NCBI GenBank assembly: GCA_016748015.1
Contig: JAAOMT010000599.1
Location: 186,001-250,000 of the forward strand
Source of the DNA: Geosiphon pyriformis uo1
Taxonomy: Eukaryota; Fungi; Glomeromycota
Length of the DNA stretch: 64,000 nucleotides
Direction of reading: 5' to 3'
Part shown: piece after piece, positions 1-12,277 of the stretch
Numbering within the stretch: position 1 is the stretch's first letter
Layout of the letters: every line of letters starts with the position of its first letter
The notes under the pieces: generated by a model
Database searches by the model: none
What the model was told of the DNA's origin: nothing
The model's input: only the letters and a program-made list of their open reading frames with translations
Position numbers and translations under genes: made by a program

Positions 1-3000
1 TTGTATAAGGACTCTTGATCATTGGCGTGCCTATGATGTTTTTAGACAAATCTTTGCTTAATCCACAATTTATATTAGGGGAGAAAGGGCGAGAAGTATT
101 CTCTCAGTCTGGATTACCCGCAAACGTATTGATGCAAATTTGGTTAGTAGCAATCAAAAATTCGGATTTCTTTTGTGCTATTTTCATGCGATATGCCGAT
201 ATCCTTTTAAAAGGCTTCAATATTGTTAATTTTATGGATTTAAGGAACCTTGCCGATCCTAGCAATCAAGGAAAGCTTAATCAAGATGAATTTGCTGTTG
301 CTATGCACTTAATATATCGAAAGCTCAATGGATATGATGTCCCAACATCCCTTCCACCCGAATTAATTCCTCCTTCTTCTCGGGATTTCGCCGAAAGCGT
401 CGATCTTGTCAAAAACATTTTGGCCACTGACCTTCATAACCAAAGAACGGGGCTTTCTCCCCAAATTTCTACCTCTTCATATATAAAATCAAGGAGCTTC
501 ACGAATAATCCGACTATCGATATACGAACTGATGGCGTCAGCTATAAGCATGAGGATAAAGAAATTGGATATGTTTCTTCGGCTCGAAGACGCGTACCAT
601 CTGTGACTAGAGAAACGTCACCTTCTTATTCCTCTAGATCTGAATCTGGTCGTGATGAATCAACTACTAACCTTTCGGATCTTAAGAAGCAGATCCACGA
701 AAAAGAAATATTACTAGATGCTTTGTCGTATAGTGCGGAAACAGCCCCCATATCATCCTATGACTCTAATGACATCGAGGAATTCAAGAGGAAGATTAGG
801 GATCTCCAATCACAAATAGCTGGGCAAAAATCACACTCTAGTCAAGATTGGATTGTAAGGAAGGCTTTCACAGATATGGAAGAATTGAATTCTCTCATTG
901 ATAAACATCACAGTCTGGAATTTGATCTCAATAATATGATATACGACATTCCTGATTCAATAAATAAAATTCGAGAAACAGACAACAAAGTAGCGGAAGC
1001 AAAATTAGACTTATTTAAACTACGGGAGTCGCATAACAGTTCGTCGGATTTTTCAAGTATTGGTGAAGGGTCTATGACCGAAGCTGATAAAATAAAGGCT
1101 AAAGCTACAGCAATGCTTCAAGCACGTATGGCAGCCATAACTGGGAATCCGGTACCTCTTGTTGGTAGTGGGTCTGATGCAAGTGCAGTAAGAAGATTAG
1201 AAGAAGAAACAATTAAAGTTAACGCCGATAAAACCACTCGAGAACAACGTGTTTCAGACGTTGAAAGAATAGTATCTAGATTACAAGATTTTATTATTCG
1301 TGTTGCCAGGGAGAGAGACGAAATAGAATCTAAAATTCAAAAAAATGGCATACGTTTTGCAAAGGAGGACAAAGAAAAATGGAATGAGGGGATTGGTGTT
1401 AGTGAGGAAGCTCGAAGATTCATCAAAGATCTCGAAAAAGAAGATTCAAGGGGCATTCCAAAAATAGATTATACTGAATCTGACTATGAATCGCGTGACC
1501 CGTCTTATGGAGATTCTCCTCCAAAATCTTCGAAATTAATTTCTAAATCTACCACTAGCTATTCCTCATACAGTATCTCCTCCCAAAGTTCATCATCAAA
1601 GGCAAAGTCTCCTGAAGAACGTGCGGCATTCATTAAAGCTGAAGCAGAGCGTCGAATGCAGGAGCGATTGAAGGCTTTAGGTGTGACGCCTCCAGTGGCA
1701 GCAGCTAAATCCACCCCTGTTTCTCGATCTTCATCAATTTCCGATCGTCTAGCCCGCGAAAAAGCAGAGACTGCTGAAAGAATAGAACGTGCAGAAAAGG
1801 AAGCTGCCGAACGTGAGCGTACTCGTTCTGAAAGACTTTTAGCTGAAAAGCAGAAAAAAGCTGACGAGGAAGCGGAAAGGACACGTAGGGTCGAGGAGTA
1901 TGAACGTCGAGAAGCTGAAAGGAGAAAACAATGGTTAGCTGAGGCTGAAGAACTTGAAAAAGTTAAAGGCAGGAAAGCTCGTGAAAAAGAGGAAGCCGCT
2001 CGTGCACTTGAACTGGAGCTAGAACGTAAACGTTTAGAAGATGTTGAACGCGATAAACGGGAAAAAGAAGAACGCCTTGCTCGTATCAAAAAAGAAGCCG
2101 CAGAACGTGCAGCAGAAGAAGAACGCTATCGTGAAGAACAGAAAGCGATATTGGAAAATGCACAGGCTGCCAGGGAACAAGCAAGGAAATTAGAGGAAGA
2201 GGCAAAGCAGCGTGATGAATCTCTTAAGCTTGAGGCTGAACGTTTAAAGATAAAGAAGGAAGAGTCAATTTGGCAAGTGAGATTGCCAAATGAAGCAAAT
2301 ATTGTTCAAGAAAAAAATAAGCCAGTCAGCACCAACCCTTTTTTAAAATTTGGTGCGCCAAATAAACCGGAAGAAACCATGCTTTCCCAAACACTTGATA
2401 GCACAAATCCTTTTTTTCGAATTGCAGCTGCGGAAGCTGCTTCTTCAATATCAAACCTACCATCCAAAGAAGCAGAACAAGATGATTGGGATGTTGTTGA
2501 CAAAGACGAAGGTGATAGTGACGAGGATGATTTCAGGATGCCCGGAAACAAAGAATTCGCAGCAAAAATCATAGCTAAAGGGACATTTAACAGTGGAATA
2601 AAATCTTCATCTGATTCAATAACTTCAGAGGCTTTTGCTAATTCTACGTCAACAATACCATTTTCACCCATCACATCAAAAACACTTCCTGCATCAAGTC
2701 TTGAAGAAATTCAATCTACACCAACCCCTCTTTTTACAATTCCAGTAGCCCCTCCCTTTACTACCTCATTCATTATTCCAACACCTCCTAATTTAAATGT
2801 CCCAGTACCACCACCGCCACCTCCAACTAACTTATCTCCTACCAACCTGGTTTCCAATTCAGCAGCCTCTAATCTTTCCCCCACAAATTCACTCGATAAC
2901 CCCTCCATAGATGGACGTGGGGCTTTGCTGAATCAGATTCAATTAGGGAAAAAACTGAAGCCTACAAAAACACATGATCGATCTATTCCACAAACAGGAG

Positions 3001-6000
3001 GCAAGTACTAGATACTTTTACCGCTTCAAGTTTAAAATTTAGAGCTTATTACACATATTTTTTGTTATCTTGCAGGTCGAACCAGCGAGGATAGCCCCTC
3101 AAATGCTTCTAGCCGGACTTCACAGGCGCATTCTGGTTCCGTGGGTCCGGCTGGACTTGGTGGTTTGTTTTCAGATGGAATTCCTACTTTGAAAAGCCGT
3201 GGAGGTGTAGGAACAGGCCGGGGCCAATCTGACGATGAAATATTTGCAAATAAATTTCATGCGGAAAGATCTACATATCTTGAAAAATTAGATCGCAGGA
3301 TATCAACCGATTGGTTTGGTAGCTTAGCGTTAGATCAATTGGCTGTGGAAGAGCCCCCTAAGGCAAGGCAAATAGTAAATACTCAAACTACACTCATGGA
3401 AGAAAAAGATGAGATAAAGCCTTTAGTTAGAGTCGAATCGCCTTCTCTTATCACATCTTCTATCGAACAAGATGTAGATTTTAATGAAGAATTACATGTG
3501 AAAACCATGTTTTCTTATCGTGGAACTAGTCCCGATGATCTCCAATTTGATGCTGGAGTAACCTTTATTGCTCATCCATCCAAGGATAAAAAGAATGCCG
3601 ACTGGTGGTATGGAGTCCTTGAGGCCACTGGGAAAAAAGGATGGTTTCCAAAAAACTATGTCCAACTTGTAAGAGAAGGTACTCATCAAATTCAAAATTT
3701 TCATTTTTTCAGTAACAGGTAATTCTCTCAAAACTAACCATACTTATACGATCTCATACTTTCGTTTAAGTTGAAGATGTTGGCAAACCCGAATCTATTG
3801 TAGAAGGTAAAATCAATTTTAAATAATTATCTTGATTTTTCTTGAGTGTTTCTGAATGTTAACGTTGGCTTTTTATATTTTTAGAAGTAGAAATATGTAA
3901 AGCCAAAGTCCTTTGGGATTATAAAGCTAGAAACGAATATGAGCTTGATGTCAAGCAAGGAAACATTTTATCTATTCTCAACAAGTCTTTAGGTGATTGG
4001 TGGAAGGCTGAGTATGAGGGTGCTAAAGGAGTTGTTCCAGCAAATTATGTCGAAGAGGTATCTAGTAGTAGCGGTTAGTGTTTGACTTTAATATATTATA
4101 TTTTTTTGCTATCATTGGTAGCCAAAAGATTTATCAAATGTTTGAATTATACAAAAATGAAAAGCTATTTCCTAAGGTTAATTTTAGATTTATTCATACA
4201 AGAGAACTTTTCGTCCTATTAAAAGAGAAAAACTTTGAGCAAACTTTCAATGTGAGTGTAAAGTAATAAAAAATTTTCCTTCTTTTATTATTTCATGTTC
4301 AATTTCCACCATGCCCGTTACGACTGCTTCATTCAACCAAACAATTAAGATAAGGACACTGGCACAATCTCTTCTCAACAAAGTAGTGCCAGCGATTCCG
4401 AAACTGAAGATCCATTTGATAGTATTTCTTTTGATAATGAAAAAAATAATAAAAATATTGTGAGCCCAGTTTCTATTCCTTACACCTCACACAATGATGA
4501 AAAATTATTGCCTATATTGGTGGTTGGTTCCACGACAAGTTTGAAAACAAATAAATCAGAAGTAAGAACTAGAAGTCCAAGCCCAACTCGCCTTTTTGGG
4601 TCAAGTCCAATAACTCCAGTTCCTTGGATAGATCCCAATGAGCGTCACTTATCCATCAATGCATTGTCAGATGCTGGTCTGTTACCAGCTGCTCTTGGGA
4701 CAAGGCCAGATTCTCCTGGATTTGCTGGACCAGTATGTTCATTAATAGAGGCTTTGATCATTACTTTTCCAATATCAAACATGTTAACAGTGAATTATTA
4801 CTTTCAATGTGCTCATCCTAAAGCGTCCTATATCTCAAACATGGTCAGGTTTCATGGATAATGATACGATCGAGAGTCTTCCAAAAGAAGAGCGTAAACG
4901 TCAGGAAGGGATTTTTGAACTGATCACAACCGAACAAAGTTATCTTCGAGATCTTCAAATGATTGTCGCAGATTTTTACAGTCCGCTACAGAATCTTTTA
5001 GATACCCACGAATTATCAACATTATTTTCAAATATTGAAGACATTTTGCTTTGTAATACAGAAATTCTCAGTGATTTGGAGCAAAGGCAACGAGATGAAG
5101 GATTCTTTGTTGACACTTTAGGCGATATACTGGTCAAGCATGTCGAGAACTTAAGATGTTATGTTGTTTATTGTGGTAATCAAATGAATGCAAGTAAGTT
5201 TTTGCAGAAAAAACGTATTGAAGACTCGAGATTCGATGATTTTTTAAAGGTAACGTAGCATTGAAGACTTCCCACGAAGCGAAAATATTCACTTGATGTT
5301 TCTCTAATACTTATAAAAAATTAATGATAATGGCTTATTAGCAAAAACTTCAAGATCCTCGAACTAGATTATTAGACCTGTCAAGCTATTTACTCAAACC
5401 ATTGCAAAGAATAACTCGCTATCCCCTATTATTTCGACAGGTAAATCCAAATGAAATTATTTCATGGGCAGGATATTTGAGATTATATCTTGAAAAAAAA
5501 AAGCAATCCTGGACACTTTCATTTCAAATAGATCCTTCACTATACAGAGAAAGACAATCCTGACCATCAAAACATTATCCAATCTCTGAATATAGCCGAA
5601 GATATTTTGGAACAAACAAATGAAGCTGCTCGTGAACAGGAAAATCAAGTAAAGATAGCTGAAATAGCGAAATCTGTTGATTTAGAGGGACTAGAGGAGG
5701 TTGATAAAAATCTTATTGGATCAAGTAGTCTCAAATCCAGAAAAGTTCATTTTTGATTTTAACCCTCATAGAAGCTCGATCTGAAAAGTTTGACAGGACT
5801 TGTGGGTAAACGGCAATTCGTGATGGAAGGACCACTTCAGAAAGCCAAGAGTAATCGTAAACTTCATGGATATTTATTTAACGACTTATTGATTCTTGCA
5901 CAACCTTCTCGTCACTCGGCAGCCAGAGGCTATAAATATTCTCTTTATAAACTAGTATGATTCACACAGCTTCTACATCATAGCTTTTTTATGTGCCATC

Positions 6001-7000
6001 AGACAATTTCTTCTTGAACTTCTTGAACCTTTTCTTAGCCCATACCGCTCAATGAGATTTTTGTGCTAGATATTAATCAAGGTAAAACTCAAATAATATC
6101 ATGAATATCTTTTCCATCAATTCATATTTTATAATCCTCTTGTAATGCATGTTCGTTAAATTAACAGATGAATGCTTTCAAATCGTTCACATTGCCGAAA
6201 AAATCAATCTTCGTGCGAGGGATGTATCTGTAAAAAGACAATGGATAAATCAAATCGAGACCGCTCGGGGCTACTGTCTTGGTATTGAACAGAAAAATCA
6301 AAATAAAGGTAATATTATATAAATAAGCTGCGTCCAAAAATAATCTATGTTAAATGCTTCATTCATCATTATTATTACATTCGCAAAAACGGACGATTAT
6401 TATTAACAGATTGCATTGGCACTTTGAGAGCGGTGATTTATGAAGGCGTTGTGCCATTTGATCCATATGGTATGTCAATTTGTGATTCAATATTGATTAA
6501 ATAAAAAAATACTATAATAAACCTATTGATTTCTCAGCAAAGGAAAAACCAACCGTCAATTCATACTGTCAAGCAAGACTAAATCGTCAAGTCTTTAAGA
6601 CAAAGGTTGTTAAGGAAACTATAAATCCAAGATGGAATCAGGTTTGTTTAAATATTGAACCCTCAGATGATCAAAGTAATCATATAACTAATTTTTTCCA
6701 TTCAGGTACTGCTCTTTTCTGTGACAACGTTGGATGATACGTTGAAACTGTCTCTTTTTAATTACGATAAGCATACCCAAAATGGTGAGAATTTTCTTGA
6801 TTGATTTTTATCCATGACCAAATATCTCAGTTTATATTTTTATTCTGTTAGAATACCTTGGTCAAGCGGAAATCGGCCTTCGTCTTCTTGAAACATACGA
6901 CAACAGAGAAACTGAAAAAATCACTTTACATCTGAAAGATGTGCCACCCGGGCGACCAATAGGATCCATTTCCATATATCTCAGCTATAGGCCGACGTAA
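1..7000 (+). CDS. PAN1: Pan1/intersectin-like endocytic scaffold (Cin1-like); multi-exon, 5' end lies outside the window
   Basis: Manual splicing gives one continuous frame with exons ~79-142, 245-3000, 3076-3678, 3771-3806, 3885-4073, 4350-4732, 4824-5249, 5342-5440, 5532-5699, 5772-5954, 6039-6081, 6168-6308, 6410-6469, 6538-6641, 6706-6784 and 6852-7000 (TAA). Motifs in order: EH (QSGLPANVLMQIW|NLADPSNQGKLNQDEFAVAMHLI), long E/R/K coiled coil, two NPF motifs, acidic DDWD patch, polyproline, WH2 (GRGALLNQIQLGKKLKPT), SH3 (WWYG...GWFPKNYV), second SH3 (WWKA...GVVPANYV), DH (ERKRQEGIFELITTEQSY; LLKPLQRITRYPLL), PH (YLFNDLLI...QWINQI), C2 (KTKVVKETINPRWNQ). The symbol is the nearest fungal family; the C-terminal half is intersectin-like. 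Confidence 0.9.
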
Positions 7001-8410
7001 AAAGCCCCGTACAAAAATAAATTCAATTCTTGTATTTATATTTGAAATTCATCCTGATTATTTAATTTACTATCAAGTTTTCCTCGGTATTTTCATTTCA
7101 ATTTTCTCTTACTGAAATATTCTATACTCAATATGACAGCTAATACTGTATTTATAATTTTTTTATGCATCGAAATGAATGATGATATCAAATCAAAATA
7201 TTCAATTTTAAAATTAACTTGCAAAAAGAGTAATATAATGTTCGATCACTGCTTTTACTAATAAACTAATTGGCATAGTTATATTAGATAATTAAGATAA
7301 TAACTTGACATTTTTATTTACATTCTTCACATTAAATGTTATGTTTTTGATATTGTAAACACTTGTTTTGCAAACTTTTTTGCTTTAATGATAATTTTTT
7401 TTTGCTAAAACAGATAATCATAGTTAAGTAATAAATAAAATTATTTAATTGTAATTAATTAAAGTACTATTTTCAAAAGTAATTTGAATTCCAAGATTTT
7501 TTAAATGGTTGCAGTTCAAACCACATATTTTTATAAATAATCTTTATTTTGCAAGCATTAGATTTAGTTTTATTATCAATTTTTGCTGTATTTAGCCGAT
7601 TGATTTCAGAATAATTCCAATAAAAAAACCCCATTCCAAAACCCAATTATTATTTCACAAAAAGTGATGATGGTAAAAATAAAATATGTTAAACTAGGAT
7701 GAAAAAAACAACAGCTTTATATTGTGAAAAGAGGTTTTTCTGATATGTATATTTTTGTTAAAGGAGACAAGTACTTATCTCCGATAACAAAATAATAATA
7801 GCCGACTTCGGACCATTTTTTCAAACGTTTTATCAGTGTTAAATTTGAACAATCATGCAATCGGGTTTTCTATACATTGTGTCTTGGTAAGCTCTTACAG
7901 TATAATTAGGTAAAAGACTTTAAAGCCTAAATACGAGTGATGGCTTTCCAACGATTAATCTGAATGGTTATTTTTAATTGTATTCACAGTCGCGTGGATC
8001 AAATTTTGAGTCGCGCTGCGCTGTACACCAGGAAGGTTTCATCAAGCCCAGATCCTTACTAATCGACAAGCGGGTATATGGTACAAAAGGAAAAATACTA
8101 CATTAATGTAGGATGAATTCCAAATGATTTTCTCTGCTATTTCTAGACATTAAAATAACCACGTTGTTTCCTATTATCAGCGTTCTAACACCTGCTTCTT
8201 TGCGGTGATTGTTGTTTCAAATTAAAAAGTATTTTATTTTTTCTAGCTTTAATAGATGGTTGGTGCACACTTTCACTTATATAATATATCCAATTTACTC
8301 ACTTTGGTTTCTTTTTTTACCACAACTTTTCTTTGAAAGAATTATAACTTGACATCAAATTGCGAGATTTTTTGAAAGTTGCGTGGTTTCTCATCTCTGG
8401 AGTATGAGAA

Positions 8411-9508
8411 ATGATGTTTCTCAAAATTGAATTAATCCTATTTGACTTTTCTGAAATTCTTTATAACTCTTCGCAATTTAACATCATACCCATCATTCAA
8501 TTACACTTTGAGTTTGCAAAATTGCAAATAAATAAATCACATACCCAACCAACAATGAAACTCTTTATCATCCTCTTCACATTAACAGCCACTATAATAC
8601 TCACCGAAAATACTTCAATATCAACTCCAGGAAGTTTCATACTCTTGCGGAAAGGTTTAAGTTTTTCCAGTCAAAATAGTAAAGTCTTTGGAACTTTCCC
8701 GTTTTTCATTGAAAATGGTATTTTAATGCCGGAACTATTACTCGCCCGAACACTATCAATTTTTACCTCTCAACTACTACATGAAAAAAAGGAAAGTAAG
8801 GAAGAAATTGATCAAGCGCAAAAATCTTGGATGACAACAAAAAAAACTCCCGATTCTCCGGCAGCAAATAAGTGGGAATTTGAGCAAGAAAATTTTCGAA
8901 AGAACGTTTCTTGGAAGCTTGCCAAATTGGTGCAATTTGGTGAGACAAGTCTGAGAACTGTGGAAGAAATTGGATATACTAGTATCGGGGAGATTGAGGG
9001 CGACAGTGAACCGAATGACAATGAAATTCATGAAACAGAGGGCTCTAGTGAAACTAACCTCTTGGAGTCGAATTACAATAAGGATTATATTAATTCGTTA
9101 AGCAACTCCGCTATCACCGAAAATGAAGATGAATATGATATTCTTAACAAAAAAATCCAAATTCTCATTATCCAAGCACAAAAAGCTTTACAGCGTCCCT
9201 GCACCGAATTTGATCAATTTGATATAGCTATTGACGATATTGGCACCGACTTGGAGTTTTTTGCGTTCATGAACCACATCGATGAAATTTTACAACAAGC
9301 AAAGACCAAGTCATACTTGAAATTGGATGGCACATTTATTATTACTTGTCTATTTTACATCTTTCGAATCATCTTTGTGTTTTTTATTCTTTTTGGTTTG
9401 ATACCTTATACAAATATTTTTGTTGGTTTTTGTCTGATGTACATAAGTCATTTTGGTGCACTTTGGATTATGAATTTTTTGAAATATGTTCGATTTGGCT
9501 CCAAATGA
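8411..9508 (+). CDS. Hypothetical single-exon protein with C-terminal transmembrane segments (true start may be ATG 8555 or 8726)
   Basis: Uninterrupted 365-codon ORF with normal CpG content, an acidic linker, repeated amphipathic helices and two hydrophobic C-terminal stretches (FIITCLFYIFRIIFVFFILFGLIP; IFVGFCLMYISHFGALWIM). No family recognised. Confidence 0.65.
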   Translation: MMFLKIELILFDFSEILYNSSQFNIIPIIQLHFEFAKLQINKSHTQPTMKLFIILFTLTATIILTENTSISTPGSFILLRKGLSFSSQNSKVFGTFPFFIENGILMPELLLARTLSIFTSQLLHEKKESKEEIDQAQKSWMTTKKTPDSPAANKWEFEQENFRKNVSWKLAKLVQFGETSLRTVEEIGYTSIGEIEGDSEPNDNEIHETEGSSETNLLESNYNKDYINSLSNSAITENEDEYDILNKKIQILIIQAQKALQRPCTEFDQFDIAIDDIGTDLEFFAFMNHIDEILQQAKTKSYLKLDGTFIITCLFYIFRIIFVFFILFGLIPYTNIFVGFCLMYISHFGALWIMNFLKYVRFGSK

Positions 9509-9999
9509 CAATGATATATAACCTTATTTAGATAATGTAATATAATTTTAGACTGTATTATAAGCTTTTTCAAAGTAAACGAAGTTGCCTAAAATTAATA
9601 AAGAAAACCATAAGTTTTTAATCTTTTGCCAATTTGGCATTTTTATTCAATATATTGGTAAACTTCAAAAACTGATCTTTTTCATTTTCCATCGAATCAT
9701 CTTCACTTAAGTCTTTTTATTTGAGCAGGATTCTGCTATAAATAAGGGCTCGTTTTCCTCTATTCCCAGAAATTTTCTTTCTTAAAATAGCCGGATGGCT
9801 AGGAAGCTATATACCAACATTTCAATCAGCTCGTTCTATCATTATCCACACCAATATTTAGAAACTTTGAGTCTTATCAATAATATTTGAGCATATGTCA
9901 ATAACAAAATTTGCTTTGAATAAATAAATTGCTACTGCACTAAAAGGCTTTGGTTGATATCAAAACCAATTACAATTTTTAATAAATGGTAGCAAATTT

Positions 10000-12146
10000 T
10001 CTAAAATAAAAATGTTTTCACAATTCGCAGTAATAATCCGTACAAGAATTTAATTTAAATTGAAAATATTAAATTTATAGGAATAAACAAATAAATAAAT
10101 TATAGTTTGTTAATAATAAGAAACAATTATTTAAAAAATTGACAGAGTCGATTATGTAAAATTAAATAATTTTCCCATATATTTTTACAATAATAAAAAT
10201 TGTGTTATATTAAAATAAGAATAATTAATAAATACTAACATAATAACTTTTAAATATTAATATATAAAAAAAAACTTTATTTCAAAAAGTTGTAAAAAAT
10301 GACCCTTTCTCTTTCATATTTTTATGACCACAACCAAAGCAAAGAGTATTTTTGATAGTTTTAACACTTAAGAAGTTCTCTTAAAGTAAAAGCAACTAGA
10401 CAGAAATTCTTTGAAGCGCTCTCTTTAAATATTAAAGACACAAAGCAGTTTTTAGCTGCTGGTAAAAACACGCTTTTTGGCTTTAAATAAGAGTCTTTTC
10501 TCATTCAAAGTTTTCTCTAAGTAACCAATTAAGAACATTTTAGTATGTTACTACTACTGTAAAAAGTCTAAAAAAAGCTGGTAATAAAACTACTCTTTCT
10601 TTTAATAATCTTTTTTATTATTGTTCAAATAGCCAAAAAAGTCCAAAAACAAAAAGCAAACTCTTTTTTTCTTTAAATCTGAAACAACAAACTCTTTTAA
10701 AATGCCAAAAAAAAGTATTTTTCTTGGTATTTTCAAAAACAGCATTTTTAATTTAAACTTTATAAAAAAATAAGACATTGGTTTTTTTTGATTTTTTTAA
10801 TATTTTTACTGATTTTGTTACAATAATACCAATTATAGTATTCAATTTTAATTTGGCTGTAAACAATAAGTTTTTTTTGAATATTAACAATAATAATATA
10901 TTTGCCAAAACTGGTTTTATTGGTATATGTCTAAATTGCTTTATATTTAAATTTTAATTAATTAATATTAATTATAAAACAAAAAAATATATTTTTTAAC
11001 ATTTAATTTTTATTAATTAATTATTGAGTTAAGAAAATAAATATTAAAATACTTTTTTTTTCTGTTTTTTAAAAATACTATAAGTTTTAATAGTATTTAA
11101 AAAACAATTATTAATTATTTAAATAAATAATTTTTACTTTAATATTTAATAAAATTACAAAAATCAGATTTATTTATTTTGTATTTGCTTTTTAGTTTTT
11201 ATCTAATTTTATTAGTTTAAAATTGAGTATTAAAACAATGCTAAACAATTTTATATAAATTTAAAAAACAAATTTTTTTAAATACTATTATAAAAATTAA
11301 ACTTGTTAAAATTCAATTTTTTATTATTTTTAAATTATAAATTTTTTTATAATATCTGTTTTTGTTTTTGTTTTTATTACTTTGCATAATATTCTTAAAA
11401 ATAGTTTTTTAAACAAAATCAAAAATATTTTGAAATTATTAAATCTATTTTAATTTATTAATTAATTTTAATAATAAAAAACAATATTAAAATTTTCTTT
11501 TAATTTACCAAAAAAATTATTGCTTTTTATAATATATTAAGTATTTTTAGTTAATACAAGCTTTTACTTATCTATAATTTTATAATCATTATTTAATTGT
11601 CTATTTAATACTAATTTGTATATTATTTTATATAAAAAATTTGTTTTTAAAAATTAATATTGTAAAACATTGGCAGTTTTTAGTAAAATTAAAGATATAA
11701 TATTAAAATTAGTGAATTTTATGCATAATTTTGTAATTAATTATAAATTTAAAATTTAAAATTTAAATATTAAATTAATTTAAAATTAATTTAATAATAA
11801 AAAATAATATATTAAAAATTTTATTAAATAATGTTATTAAATTACTTAATTTAAATAAAAACTTAGATATATATTGTGAATTATATTTGTATTGTTTGTT
11901 TTTTTATAGTATTTATAACAATATTACTGTTAAAATAAATATATAATGTTGTTTTAATTAACTTAAATAGTTGTTTACACATAAAAAATATGTAATTTAT
12001 ATTTAATTTAAAGCAAATAATTATTATATTATATTAAATAATAATTAAATTTTACTTTTTAAATAATAATAAAATATTTAAGACCAAATTAGCTAATTTT
12101 TTTTAAATATACTTTTTTTAAAATTAATAATTTGATTTTTAAATAA
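10000..12146. repeat. Extremely AT-rich degenerate repeat relic (host element for the LINE insertions)
   Basis: Almost no C/G. By eye, 11280-11540 aligns with 36490-36721 plus 43540-43592, and 12070-12145 aligns with 43585-43660 and, reverse-complemented, with ~46180-46255. Confidence 0.5.
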
Positions 12147-12277
12147 TTTTTTTTTATTAAAAGTTTTATGAATGCAGTCCAACCATTACCTAAATACATA
12201 GATTAACATAATCTAAATTAAGCATAGCTTATGCTTTTTCTATACGTGACCAGTCACTCGGGCTAATTAAGACAGCA

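Noticed and set aside
1559-2908. Antisense ORFs over the Pan1/intersectin exon (and similar shadows over TE ORFs and MET5)
   Set aside because: Shadow frames of biased coding sequence with no independent motifs.
7664-7743. Box C (GTGATGA) ... box D (CTGA) snoRNA candidate
   Set aside because: No terminal stem and no recognisable rRNA-complementary guide.
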